The position numbers were made by a program, and so were the translations under genes. Below the pieces are notes generated by a model. That model saw only the letters and a list, made by a program, of their open reading frames with translations, was not told the DNA's origin and made no database searches. Below, in pieces: positions 9,715-19,047 of a stretch of DNA of 28,645 nucleotides. Position 1 is the first letter of the stretch, and the number at the start of each line of letters is the position of its first letter. The DNA is from Corallococcus exiguus (GTDB lineage: Bacteria > Myxococcota > Myxococcia > Myxococcales > Myxococcaceae), in assembly GCF_012985235.1 (NCBI RefSeq), contig NZ_JABELB010000107.1, one strand, 5' to 3'.

Positions 9715-10104
9715 GGGACACCTGCTCGCGGGCGTGGGGTTCGGCCGCGAGTCATTGCGAGCCCCATGCCGTCATCGCTCCGCCCTGGAACGGCGATGCA
9801 CCGCTCCGGACTGGCACGGACACTCGCTCCATTCCGGTGCGCGGTGTTCCAGAGTGGAGCGCATTTCGAACGACCAGCGCGCACGGCTCGCGTCGTCGTT
9901 CCCAGCAAGGCCAAGCTCTTCGGCATCCACACGGAGATGTATTCATTGGGCGGTCTGGGTGATCATCTCACCGGTGGCGACCGCGTGACCTTCCGCTGGA
10001 TCCGCGACTGAGTGAGCTTGGATTGCGTCGCGGCGTCTGTTCGAATGCCCTCCTGTCAGCGGGCCAGGATGCTCCGGCCCGGTGGCCCCCACCCCGGAGG
10101 AAGC

Positions 10105-10332
10105 ATGAAGGCATCGCGACTGAAGCAGACGATTCCTGGATTCGCGCTGATCATCGGCATCATGGCGGGTACGGCCCTGGCCATGGTTCCCGGCTCCACG
10201 GCGGAGACGACCGATAACCAGACGTCCGCGGTCCAGATGATCTGTTCGCGCACCTGCAAGCCGTGCTCGACCCAGATGGAGTGCGGCACGAGCGGCGGTT
10301 CCTGCGGGGTCTGGCGCTGCACCCAGCCGTAA
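10105..10332 (+). CDS. Small secreted cysteine-rich peptide (75 aa precursor: signal peptide plus a core of about 45 aa with 6 Cys)
   Basis: GGAGGA lies 5 nt upstream of the ATG at 10105. The N-terminus MKASRLKQTIPGFALIIGIMAGTALAMVPGSTA is a signal peptide. The core is CSRTCKPCSTQMECGTSGGSCGVWRC. Confidence 0.5.
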   Translation: MKASRLKQTIPGFALIIGIMAGTALAMVPGSTAETTDNQTSAVQMICSRTCKPCSTQMECGTSGGSCGVWRCTQP

Positions 10333-10417
10333 ACACCGAGGCTGGCAAAACAAAGCGCCTCCGAGTCCCAGGACTCGGAGGCGCTCTTCTGCGGATTCGT
10401 GAAGACCGCTGAACGCT

Positions 10418-11302
10418 TCAGCCCTGCGCGGAGCGGGGCTTGCGCGTGGACTTCTTCGTCGTCGCGATCTCCAGCGACAGGTCCATGGCCCGCGCCGAGT
10501 GCGTCAGCGCGCCCATCGACACGAAGTCCACGCCCAGCTTCGCCAGCCGGGGCAGCCGATCCAACGTGACGCCGCCCGACACTTCGATGGGCACGCGGCT
10601 CGCCGTCAGCTTCACCGCTTCGCGGATCTGCGCGTCGTCCATGTTGTCCAACATGATGACGTCCGCGCCCGCGGCGATGGCCTCCTCCAGCTGCTTGAAG
10701 TTGGTGACCTCCACTTCAATCTTCACCAGCCGGGGACCGTTCAGCTTCGCGCGGCGCACCGCTTCGGTGATGTCGCCACCTACCGCCGCGATGTGGTTGT
10801 CCTTGATGAGGATGCCGTCGAAGAGGCCGAAGCGGTGGTTGGACGCGCCGCCCATGCGCACCGCGTGCTTCGCGAGGCCCCGCATGCCCGGCGGCGTCTT
10901 GCGCGTGTCCAGCACCCGCAGCTTCGAGCCTCGCACGGAGGTCATCGCCTGCTGGGCCAGCGTCGCGATGCCGGCGGCGCGCTGCACCAGGTTGAGCGCC
11001 GTGCGCTCCGCGGCCAGCAGCGAACGCAGCTTGCCGTGGACGCGCGCGGCGACCACCTTCGGTTTGATCTCCTCGCCGTCGCGCTTGAGGACCTCCACCT
11101 CCACCTCCGCGTCCACCATGTGGAAGACGCGGACGAAGGCGTCCAGGCCGGCGACGATCATCTGCTCCTTCGCGACCAGCTCACCGCTGCCCTCCGCTTC
11201 GGCGGGGACCACCGCCAGCGAGGTGACGTCCCCCGCAGCACCCAGGTCCTCGTCGAGGGACAGCGCGATGAGCCGATCGAGATAATCCTGCTGCACTTCC
11301 AC
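10418..11302 (-). CDS. nadC: Nicotinate-nucleotide pyrophosphorylase (quinolinate phosphoribosyltransferase)
   Basis: Family motifs are present: LDEDLGAAGDVTS, RVLDTRKTPPGMRGL, HRFGLFDGILIKDNH, GADVIMLDNM. The start lies 3 nt downstream of the valS stop. Confidence 0.9.
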   Translation of the reverse strand: MEVQQDYLDRLIALSLDEDLGAAGDVTSLAVVPAEAEGSGELVAKEQMIVAGLDAFVRVFHMVDAEVEVEVLKRDGEEIKPKVVAARVHGKLRSLLAAERTALNLVQRAAGIATLAQQAMTSVRGSKLRVLDTRKTPPGMRGLAKHAVRMGGASNHRFGLFDGILIKDNHIAAVGGDITEAVRRAKLNGPRLVKIEVEVTNFKQLEEAIAAGADVIMLDNMDDAQIREAVKLTASRVPIEVSGGVTLDRLPRLAKLGVDFVSMGALTHSARAMDLSLEIATTKKSTRKPRSAQG

Positions 11303-11305
11303 CTC

Positions 11306-14300
11306 CTACCGGCGCGCCTTGCGAGCCGGCTTGCCCCGAGTGGTCTTCTTCGCCGCGGCCTTCTTCGCGGCGGTCTTCTTCCCCGCCGCCTTCTTCGCCG
11401 AAGCCTTCTTCGCAGGAGCCTTCTTCACCGCCGCCTTCTTCGCGGCCGTCTTCTTGCCCGCTGCCTTCTTCGCGGAAGCCTTCTTCGCAGGGGCCTTCTT
11501 CGCGGCGGACTTCTTGCTCGCCGCCTTCTTCGCGGAGGCCTTCTTCGCAGGGGCCTTCTTCACCGCCGCCTTCTTCGAGGAGGCCTTCTTCGCAGGGGCC
11601 TTCTTCACCGCCGCCTTCTTCGCAGGGGCCTTCTTCGTCGGAGCCTTCTTCACCGGCTTCGCCGAACCCTCCGGAGCCTCGCGGGCGTCGCCGCCCTCCT
11701 TGGCCCGGTCGAACTCGCGCATCGCGTCGTCCACGAGGCCCATGCTCATGTACGCGACGCCCAGGTCGTGGTGGTCCGCCGGGGACAGCCCTTCCTTGGT
11801 GCCCTCGCGCAGCTTGTTGAGGGCCTCCTCCACCACCGGATCCGCGGCCTGGGGCGCCTGCGAAGCCTCTTCGGCTTCAATCTCGCCCTTCAGCTCCTGG
11901 CCCAGGTTCACCGCATCGTCCTTCGGTGCCTGCGGCTCGGTGGCCACCTTCACATGGGCGCTCTCGGGCGCGGGGGACTCGGACGCTTCAGGGGCTTCGG
12001 ACTCGGTGCTGCCCGGCAACGGCGACGGCGTCTCGGACATGGGGGGCTCCGGGGCGATGCGCTGGAGGTGATCCTGCAGCTTGACCGTGCGCTCCTGGAG
12101 CTCCGCCACCCGGGCCTTGTCCTTCTCCACCACGTCCGGCGGAGCACGGGCCACGAAGTTCGGGTTGTCCAGCTTGCGCTGCAAACCGGTGAGTTCCTGC
12201 TCGGAGCGGACGATCTCCTTCTTCAGGCGGTCGCGCTCCGCGTCCAGGTCCACCAGGCCCGCCAGGGGCACGTAGATTTCCAGGTTGCCGCTCACGAACG
12301 CCGCTGCCTGCGGAGGCTTGGCGCCCGGGGGGCCCACCACCACCTCGGACAGGCCCGCGAGCGGCATCAGGTACGCGCGCCAACGCTCCAACAGCTCGCG
12401 CGTCGTCGCGTCCGGGCTCTGCACCACCGCCTTCACCTTGGCGGACGGCGGCAGGTTGCTCTCGCCGCGCAGCGTGCGCAGGCCCTCGATGGCCGCGATG
12501 ACCGGCGCCATCTCGCCTTCCGCGGCCGCGTCCACCCACGCCGTCTCCGGCGCAGGGTACGCCGCGATGCAGATGCTCTCCGTGGGCCGGGACATCGGCA
12601 GCTTCTGCCAGATCTCCTCGGTGATGAACGGCATGAACGGGTGCATCAGCCGCAGGATGCGGTCCAGGCACGTCACCAGCACCGCGCGCGTGGTGTCCTT
12701 GGCCTCCGCGTCGTCGCCGTACAACGAGCCCTTCGCCAGCTCGATGTACCAGTCGCAGAACTCCGCCCACAGGAACTGGTACAGCGTGGACGCGGCCTCC
12801 GCGAAGCCGAACGCCTCCAGCGACGCGCGCGTCTCCTCGGTGGCCTTCTGCAGGCGGGAGAGGATCCACCGGTCCGCCAGCGTCAGCTTGCGGCCCTCCA
12901 GCGGCGTCTTGTCCAGGCTGAAGTCGCCCATGTTCATCAGGGCGAAGCGGCTGGCGTTCCACAGCTTGTTGCAGAACGCCTTGTAGCCACCCAGGCGGTC
13001 CATCGACAGCTTGATGTCACGGCCCTGCTGCGTGAGCGACGCCAGCGTGAAGCGCAGCGCGTCCGCGCCGTGCGCGGGCATGCCCTGGGGGAAGCGGTTG
13101 CGCAGCGACGGCTGCAGCGACTCCGCCTTCGCGCCGAGGATGACGTCCAGGGGATCGATGACGTTCCCCTTCGTCTTGGACATCTTCTCGCCCTTCTCGT
13201 CGCGCACCATCGCGTGCAGGTACACGGTGCGGAAGGGCACGTCGTTCATGAAGTGCAGGCCCATCATCATCATCCGGGCGACCCAGAAGAAGATGATGTC
13301 GTGGCCCGTCTCCATCACTGACGTCGGGTAGAAGGTCTGCAGGTCCGCCGTCTGCTTCGGCCAGCCCAGCGTGGAGAACGGCCACAGCGCGGACGAGAAC
13401 CAGGTGTCCAGCACGTCCGGATCCTGCGTCAGCTCCTTGCCGCCGCACTTCGGGCAGGACTCCGGCGCCGTGCGCGACACGATGACGTCCGCCGTGTCCT
13501 TCGAGCGCTCCTCCGCCGGGGTGCACGCCGCGCAGTACCACGCGGGGATCTGGTGGCCCCACCACAGCTGGCGGCTCACGCACCAGTCGTGGATGTTGTT
13601 CATCCAGTGGAAGTACGTGTTCGTCCACGACTCGGGGACGAACTTCGTGCGGCCCTCCTCCACGGCCTGGATGGCCGGCTTCGCCAGCGGTTCGATCTTG
13701 ATGAACCACTGCGGCGACAGGCGCGGCTCCACCACCGTGGTGCAGCGCTGGCAGGTGCCCACGTTCAGCTTGTGCGGCTCCTCCTTCTCCAGCAGGCCCA
13801 GCTCCGTCAGGTCCGCCAGCACCTGCTTGCGCGCCTCCCGGCTCTCCAGGCCCGCGTACTTGCCGGTGTCCTTCGTCATCCGCGCCGCTTCGTCCAGGAT
13901 GGACAGCATCGGCAGCTTGTGGCGCAGGCCCGTCTGGTAGTCGTTGAAGTCGTGCGCGGGCGTGACCTTCACCACGCCGGTGCCGAACTCCATGTTCACC
14001 AGCTCGCCGTCCGCGATGACCGGAATCTCACGGTCGGTGAGCGGCAGCGCCACGCTCTTGCCGATGAGGTCCTGGTAGCGCGGATCCTCCGGGTGCACGG
14101 CGACGGCCGTGTCGCCCAGCAGCGTCTCCGGGCGCGTCGTCGCCACGGTGAGGAAGCGCTCCGTGCCCTTCACCGGGTAGCGGATGTGCCAGAGCGAGCC
14201 GTTCTTCTCCTCGTGCTCCACTTCCAGGTCGGAGAGGGCCGTGCGGCAGGACGGGCACCAGTTGATCAGCTTCTGGGCCCGGTACATCAGGCCCTCTTCG

Positions 14301-14800
14301 TACAGCCGGACGAACACCTCGCGCACCGCGGCCGAGGACTGCTCGTCCATGGTGAAGCGCTCGCGGCTCCAGTCCAGGGACGCGCCCAGGTAGCGGTGCT
14401 GCTCACCGATGCGCGCGCCGAACTTGCCCTTCCACGTCCAGACGCGCTCGAGGAACGCCTCGCGGCCCAGGTCGTGGCGGCTCTTGCCCTCCGTCTTCTT
14501 GAGCTCCTTCTCCACCACCATCTGCGTGGCGATGCCCGCGTGGTCCGTGCCCGGCAGCCAGAGCGCGTTGAAGCCGCTCATCCGCTTCCAGCGCGTGAGG
14601 ATGTCCTGGATGGTCGCGGTGAGCGCGTGGCCGATGTGCAGGCTGCCCGTCACGTTGGGCGGCGGCAGCACGATGCTGAACGGCGGCTTGGAGGAAGGGG
14701 CTTCGGCGCGGAAGTAGTCGCGCTCCAGCCAGTGGTTGTACCACCGCGCCTCCACTTCGGAGGGCTCGTAGGCCTTGGACAGTTCAGTCGTGTCAGTCAT
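11306..14800 (-). CDS. valS: Valine--tRNA ligase with a C-terminal extension of about 230 aa ending in a Lys/Ala/Pro-rich pentapeptide-repeat tail
   Basis: Class I signatures are present ([14 protein letters not shown] as [12 protein letters not shown] as KMSKS). The editing and anticodon-binding regions and the C-terminal coiled coil are typical of ValRS. An acidic or TPR-like segment and about 20 copies of KKAxA extend the protein to 1164 aa. Confidence 0.93.
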   Translation of the reverse strand: MTDTTELSKAYEPSEVEARWYNHWLERDYFRAEAPSSKPPFSIVLPPPNVTGSLHIGHALTATIQDILTRWKRMSGFNALWLPGTDHAGIATQMVVEKELKKTEGKSRHDLGREAFLERVWTWKGKFGARIGEQHRYLGASLDWSRERFTMDEQSSAAVREVFVRLYEEGLMYRAQKLINWCPSCRTALSDLEVEHEEKNGSLWHIRYPVKGTERFLTVATTRPETLLGDTAVAVHPEDPRYQDLIGKSVALPLTDREIPVIADGELVNMEFGTGVVKVTPAHDFNDYQTGLRHKLPMLSILDEAARMTKDTGKYAGLESREARKQVLADLTELGLLEKEEPHKLNVGTCQRCTTVVEPRLSPQWFIKIEPLAKPAIQAVEEGRTKFVPESWTNTYFHWMNNIHDWCVSRQLWWGHQIPAWYCAACTPAEERSKDTADVIVSRTAPESCPKCGGKELTQDPDVLDTWFSSALWPFSTLGWPKQTADLQTFYPTSVMETGHDIIFFWVARMMMMGLHFMNDVPFRTVYLHAMVRDEKGEKMSKTKGNVIDPLDVILGAKAESLQPSLRNRFPQGMPAHGADALRFTLASLTQQGRDIKLSMDRLGGYKAFCNKLWNASRFALMNMGDFSLDKTPLEGRKLTLADRWILSRLQKATEETRASLEAFGFAEAASTLYQFLWAEFCDWYIELAKGSLYGDDAEAKDTTRAVLVTCLDRILRLMHPFMPFITEEIWQKLPMSRPTESICIAAYPAPETAWVDAAAEGEMAPVIAAIEGLRTLRGESNLPPSAKVKAVVQSPDATTRELLERWRAYLMPLAGLSEVVVGPPGAKPPQAAAFVSGNLEIYVPLAGLVDLDAERDRLKKEIVRSEQELTGLQRKLDNPNFVARAPPDVVEKDKARVAELQERTVKLQDHLQRIAPEPPMSETPSPLPGSTESEAPEASESPAPESAHVKVATEPQAPKDDAVNLGQELKGEIEAEEASQAPQAADPVVEEALNKLREGTKEGLSPADHHDLGVAYMSMGLVDDAMREFDRAKEGGDAREAPEGSAKPVKKAPTKKAPAKKAAVKKAPAKKASSKKAAVKKAPAKKASAKKAASKKSAAKKAPAKKASAKKAAGKKTAAKKAAVKKAPAKKASAKKAAGKKTAAKKAAAKKTTRGKPARKARR
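11319..11650 (-). repeat. Coding tandem repeat (15-bp unit GCCTTCTTCGCNGNN on the + strand) encoding ([15 protein letters not shown])n at the C-terminus of ValRS
   Basis: Read directly from the sequence: there are about 20 units with a higher-order periodicity of about 75 bp. Confidence 0.85.
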
Positions 14801-14853
14801 TGCAAGCGGCCGGCCCCCGACGGGGCCGGCGGGGAATCAGAGGGGACTGCGAA

Positions 14854-16116
14854 TCAATGCTGGGTCTCGCGGTCCTTGATGAGCCGCTCCAGCTCTTCCC
14901 GGATGATGGTCTCCGCCAGCTGCGGAACGACCTCCCAGGCAATCTTCTCGATGACCTCGCGGGACGCCTTCGACAGCGCCTCGCGCAGCAGCGCCTCTCC
15001 GCCATCCGCGGCCGGACGGGCGCGCGCGGGCGGAGTCGCCGGCGAGGGACCGCCGATGTCCAGGGAGATCTCCTCCGCGCCGCTGGGCTCGGGCAGCGAG
15101 TCCTCGATGCGGATGCTCTCCGTGCGGGCCTGCGCGGCGGGAGGGGCGGCCGGAGCGCCCAGCCCGAACGGATCCCGGGCACGGGCGGCCGGAGGCACCG
15201 CGGCGGGCGGGGGCGCGGACGGCAGCGGCGCGGCGCCCGGAGGACGCGGGAAGCCGCCCGGGATGTTCGGGGCGCCAGGGCCCGGAGGACGCGCGGCCAT
15301 GCCCGGAGGCGGCGCACCCGGCGGACGCGCGCCCGGAGGCACGGCACCCGGAGGAGGACGCGCACCCGGCGGCATGGCGCCCGGAGGCGGCGCACCCGGA
15401 GGACGCGCGCCCATGCCCGGAGGCGGCGCACCCGGCGGAGGACGTGCACCCGGCGGCATGGCGCCCGGAGGCGGCGCACCCGGAGGACGCGCGCCCGGAG
15501 GAACAGCGCCCGGCAGCGGACGCGCCGCACCCGGAGGAGGAGGCACACCGGCGCCCGGAGGACGCGCGCCCGGAGGCGGCGCACCCGGCGGAGGACGCGC
15601 ACCCGGCGGCATGGCGCCCGGAGGCGGCGCACCCGTGGGACGCGCACCCGGCGGCACGGCGGCGGCGGGCGGCGCGCTGACCGGAGCGCTCGGGGCGGAG
15701 GTCTGGGGCAGAATGCGCGTCGCGGCGGACGCGGGCATCGTGTTGGACTTCTGGCCCACCAGCGCCTTCACCTTGTCGAGGAGGATCTGGCTCTCGAAGG
15801 GCTTGGTGATGTGGTCATCCGCCCGGGCGGCCTTCGCGCGGTTCTCGTCGAACGCCTCGAAGGTGCCGGCGAGCAGCAGCACCGGGATGGCCTGCGTGGA
15901 GGGGTCGCCCTTGAGCGCCTCGCAGACCTCGTAGCCGCTCTTGCCCGGCATCATCACGTCGGCGAGCACCACGTCCGGACGCAGCTCGCGCGTGCGGGAG
16001 ATGGCGTCCAGCCCGTTGTCCACCGCGGTCACCTGGAAGTCTTCCGTCGCGAAGATCATCCCGATCACCTTGCGGATGGTGAGCGAGTCGTCGGCGATCA
16101 GTAGATTCTTGGGCAT
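14854..16116 (-). CDS. romR: RomR-like response regulator: CheY-type receiver, long proline-rich repeat linker, conserved acidic C-terminal domain
   Basis: The receiver domain is LLIADDSLTIRKVIGMIF ... VVLADVMMPGKSGYEV ... DHITKPF. The linker holds about 8 copies of PPGARPPGAPPPGAM. The C-terminal block is EALLREALSKASREVIEKIAWEVVPQLAETIIREELERLIK. This architecture matches Myxococcus RomR. Upstream ATGs at 16140 and 16200 are alternative starts. Confidence 0.65.
   Translation of the reverse strand: MPKNLLIADDSLTIRKVIGMIFATEDFQVTAVDNGLDAISRTRELRPDVVLADVMMPGKSGYEVCEALKGDPSTQAIPVLLLAGTFEAFDENRAKAARADDHITKPFESQILLDKVKALVGQKSNTMPASAATRILPQTSAPSAPVSAPPAAAVPPGARPTGAPPPGAMPPGARPPPGAPPPGARPPGAGVPPPPGAARPLPGAVPPGARPPGAPPPGAMPPGARPPPGAPPPGMGARPPGAPPPGAMPPGARPPPGAVPPGARPPGAPPPGMAARPPGPGAPNIPGGFPRPPGAAPLPSAPPPAAVPPAARARDPFGLGAPAAPPAAQARTESIRIEDSLPEPSGAEEISLDIGGPSPATPPARARPAADGGEALLREALSKASREVIEKIAWEVVPQLAETIIREELERLIKDRETQH
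15200..15700 (-). repeat. Coding tandem repeat (about 45-bp unit) specifying the PPGARPPGAPPPGAM proline-rich linker
   Basis: Near-identical CCCGGAGGCGGCGCACCCGG(C/A)GGACGCGCGCC(C/A) units are visible on the + strand. Confidence 0.8.
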
Positions 16117-16233
16117 CGGCTCCGGCCTCGGGGGGCGCATACCCCCCTGAATTCGTTTGAGATTTCGGGCGAGCAAGCCTGCCTGCACGCCCTGTGTCAA
16201 TCGGAGAAGCTTAGGATTCGCGCGTTGGGCCGA

Positions 16234-17100
16234 TCAAGAAAACATGCGCTGCAGGTCCAGTAACATCACCGGATCCGGCAGCCCCGGCGCCCGGAACGTT
16301 CCGGGAAGCTCGGCCGGCTTGAACTTCTGCAGCACACCCAGCACCCGGGTGGCCGCCAGCCCTACGTTCCGCCCCGCCAGTTCCGTGAGGACGAACAGCT
16401 CCTCCGCCTGGGCCGGCGCACCCAGCAGCGCTGGAATCGAACAGATGGGCCATAGCGCCTGCGCGTGGGGATAGACGCCCGCCACCGGCCCGCTCTGCAC
16501 CGGGAGCACGCTGAACGCCTCGCCCCGGGGTACCACCTGGGAGACGCAACCCAGCGGGACGCCGAACAGCACCCCCTGGGACTCCAGCACCAGCGCCCGC
16601 TCCGGGGGCGCGTCCGCATAGTGCACGGGCCGCGGCTCTGGCGGGGTCGCCCGGGGGCCCGCCCGGTGCGGCAGCGCTTCCACGATGAGCTCCAGGTACA
16701 GCCGGTCCTTGTGCAGCACCGCGCCCCGGCTCAGCGGCGCCAGCGAGTCCGCCAGGCCCGGAGGCAGCAGGAAGAACGGGTCCCTCGCGACGTCCGCGAC
16801 CTCCACCACGGCGCGCACCCGCACCGCGAGCGTGGGGCTGACGTCCAGGACCACCACCATGCCCGGCACTTCCTCAGGCAGGCCGCCGAGCAGCGCGGCG
16901 AGGTCCTTCACTTCCAGTACGCCGCGCAGACTCGCGCCGCGAGCGCCCGGCATCGCGACCTCGATGACGGAGGTGGCCTCCACCGCGTAGCGCGTCTCTC
17001 CGGCCTCCACCAGCAGGCAGAGCCGCCGTCCGCTTTCAAAGGGCACGGCCCGGGACCCTAGCAGCCTTCCAGCGTTGGGTGCTAAGCCCTGAACAGTCAT
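16234..17100 (-). CDS. CheW-like domain protein (apparently two CheW-like modules)
   Basis: CheW-like blocks are present (RRLCLLVEAGETRYAVEATSVIEV and a second VLFGVPLGCVSQVV...). The ATG at 17100 shares the CATG with the divergent response-regulator start. The frame is open to 17142. Confidence 0.5.
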   Translation of the reverse strand: MTVQGLAPNAGRLLGSRAVPFESGRRLCLLVEAGETRYAVEATSVIEVAMPGARGASLRGVLEVKDLAALLGGLPEEVPGMVVVLDVSPTLAVRVRAVVEVADVARDPFFLLPPGLADSLAPLSRGAVLHKDRLYLELIVEALPHRAGPRATPPEPRPVHYADAPPERALVLESQGVLFGVPLGCVSQVVPRGEAFSVLPVQSGPVAGVYPHAQALWPICSIPALLGAPAQAEELFVLTELAGRNVGLAATRVLGVLQKFKPAELPGTFRAPGLPDPVMLLDLQRMFS

Positions 17101-18487
17101 GGCGCGACTGCTCCTCGTCGACGACGAAAAGATCGCCCGCAATCTCTACGGCGACTACCTCACGGCCGCGGGACACCTGGTCACGGCGGTGCCCACCGTG
17201 GCGGACGCGAAGGCAGCCCTCTCCGCGGCGCGGTTCGACGCGGTGGTGACGGACCTCATCCTCCCCGGCGGCGACGGCATGGAGGTGCTTCGCCACGTGC
17301 GCGAGCGCTACCCCGGCGTGGAGGTGCTGGTCATCACCGGCCTGGACAAGGTGGCCCCCGCGGTGCGCGCCATCAAGAGCGGCGCGGCGGAGTACCTGGT
17401 CAAGCCCGTGGCGCCGGAGGCCCTGGAGCACGCGCTGCGCCGCGCGCTCACCACGCGCGACCTGATGCGTGAGAACGCGTCCCTGCGCCAGCACGTCGCG
17501 CTGCTGGAGGCGGGCCAGCGCATCGCCACCACGCTCGACCGCGAGCGGCTGTCCACGGCCGCGTCCGACGCGCTGGAGTCCATGGCCAACGCCTCCGCGG
17601 TGATGCTCCTGGAGCGGGACCCTGGCGGCACGGGCTTCCGCTCGCACGGCATGCGCGGGCTGCCGGTGGACCTGCACGAGGCGCTCGTCCCGCTGCTCAT
17701 CGAGCGGCTTTCGGGCACGCGCACGCAGGTGGAGCTCGACGGACTTCAAGTTCCCTGGCCGCGCACCCTCTCCTTCCCCGCCGTGGACGGCGAGCTGGTG
17801 CTGGGCCACGCGGTGCTATTCCACGACAACGCGCCCGCGGAGCACCACGCGGAGACCGTGGGCTTCCTCGTGCGCAACTGGGCGCTGGCCCTGCGCAACC
17901 TGGGCCGCTTCGCCGCCGTGGAGGACCTGGCCTACGTCGATGATCTCACCCGCCTGTTCAACACGCGCTACCTGCACCTGGTGCTGGACCGCGAGGTGAA
18001 CGAGGCCCTCCAGACGGAGCGCCCCTTCTCCCTGCTGTTCCTGGACCTGGACCGCTTCAAGGCCATCAACGACACGCACGGGCACCTGGTGGGCTCGCGC
18101 GTGCTGGTGGAGGCCGCGCGCGTGCTCAAGGGCTGCGTGCGCGACCCGGACGTGGTGGCGCGCTTCGGCGGTGACGAGTACGTGGTGCTCCTGCGCGGCA
18201 CGGACTCCGGCGGGGCCCTCAAGGTCGCCGAGCGCATCCGCCGCACCATGGAGACCCATCAGTTCCTGGGCCGCGAGGGGCTGGCGCTCAAGCTCACCAC
18301 CTGCATCGGCGTGGCCAGCTTCCCGGAGCACGCCCAGGACAAGGACCACCTGCTGGACCTGTCCGACCGGGCCATGTACCGGGGCAAGCGCGGCACCCGG
18401 AACGTCGTCTACATGGCGGCGCAGGACCTGGAAGCCACCCCGGCCGAGCGCCGTCAGAATCCCCCGCCCCCGCAGGGCCAGGGCTGA
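17099..18487 (+). CDS. Response regulator with receiver, GAF-like and GGDEF (diguanylate cyclase) domains; active-site motif reads GGDEY
   Basis: The receiver is MARLLLVDDEKIARNL ... DAVVTDLILPGGDGMEV ... KP. The GGDEF domain is RLFNTRYLHLVLDREV ... LLFLDLDRFKAINDTHGH ... ARFGGDEYVVLL ... DRAMYRGKRGTRN. Confidence 0.85.
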   Translation: MARLLLVDDEKIARNLYGDYLTAAGHLVTAVPTVADAKAALSAARFDAVVTDLILPGGDGMEVLRHVRERYPGVEVLVITGLDKVAPAVRAIKSGAAEYLVKPVAPEALEHALRRALTTRDLMRENASLRQHVALLEAGQRIATTLDRERLSTAASDALESMANASAVMLLERDPGGTGFRSHGMRGLPVDLHEALVPLLIERLSGTRTQVELDGLQVPWPRTLSFPAVDGELVLGHAVLFHDNAPAEHHAETVGFLVRNWALALRNLGRFAAVEDLAYVDDLTRLFNTRYLHLVLDREVNEALQTERPFSLLFLDLDRFKAINDTHGHLVGSRVLVEAARVLKGCVRDPDVVARFGGDEYVVLLRGTDSGGALKVAERIRRTMETHQFLGREGLALKLTTCIGVASFPEHAQDKDHLLDLSDRAMYRGKRGTRNVVYMAAQDLEATPAERRQNPPPPQGQG

Positions 18488-18501
18488 ACGCCGGACGCGC
18501 G

Positions 18502-18891
18502 CTACTTGCGCAGGCTGCCCACGGTGAGGTGCTTGGGCAGCTCCACTTCCGCGGGCACGCCGCCGCCGCCCTCGCCCACCGCCTCCACCTCTTCGTGAGA
18601 CGCGCCGGTGGTGATGAGGCGGTACTTCTGCGACGCCTCGCGGTCGTGCTGGGCCTGCTCCGGATCCAACCGCGCGATGAGCTGCCAGAAGAGGGCCGCG
18701 TGCTCGCGCTCCTCGTCCATGACGTGCCGCAGGATGGCCTTCGCCTCCTCATTGTCCGTCGCGTCCAGGTGCGCGGCGTAGAGGTTGATGGCGTCCAGCT
18801 CCGCCTCGATGTTGAGCCGGATGGAGCGGGCCAGTTCGGAGTCCGTCAGCTTCCGGGGCACCAGCGAGTGGAACGGGTTCGTCTGCGGCAT
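18502..18891 (-). CDS. Ferritin-like (EncFtn/Flp-type) encapsulin cargo protein with C-terminal cargo-loading peptide (EncC-like)
   Basis: The four-helix ferritin-like region has an E...EExxH di-iron motif (NIEAELDAINLYAAHL ... RHVMDEEREHAALFWQLIARL). The flexible tail ends in LTVGSLRK, matching the encapsulin targeting consensus (TVGSL/GSLxx). GAGGT lies 7 nt upstream of the ATG at 18891. The ORF-track extension to 19194 has no coding character. Confidence 0.8.
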   Translation of the reverse strand: MPQTNPFHSLVPRKLTDSELARSIRLNIEAELDAINLYAAHLDATDNEEAKAILRHVMDEEREHAALFWQLIARLDPEQAQHDREASQKYRLITTGASHEEVEAVGEGGGGVPAEVELPKHLTVGSLRK

Positions 18892-19047
18892 GAGGACCTC
18901 AGCGACAGGGAGAGTCCCCAACAGGCGAGCGGGCAACGACGTTCCGTCAGGCCGGGCTGGAGGACGTGCGCGAGCATCCGTTCGGTCGCGAGCGCGGTCA
19001 ACCGAATCCCGCTGGGGGTGCGTTGCGCGTGAACACCTGCCTCCGCC

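Noticed and set aside
9812-9830. TGGCACG-N5-CTCGC, which resembles a sigma-54 -24/-12 promoter upstream of the small Cys peptide gene
   Set aside because: The -12 element is CTCGC rather than TTGC(A/T). It lies about 275 bp from the ATG, and no enhancer-binding protein gene is nearby. The match is too weak to call.
11319-11650. A possible CRISPR-like or non-coding tandem array suggested by the regular 15-bp periodicity
   Set aside because: The periodicity is in-frame with valS and encodes KKAxA units. There are no spacers of unique sequence, so it is a coding repeat, not CRISPR.
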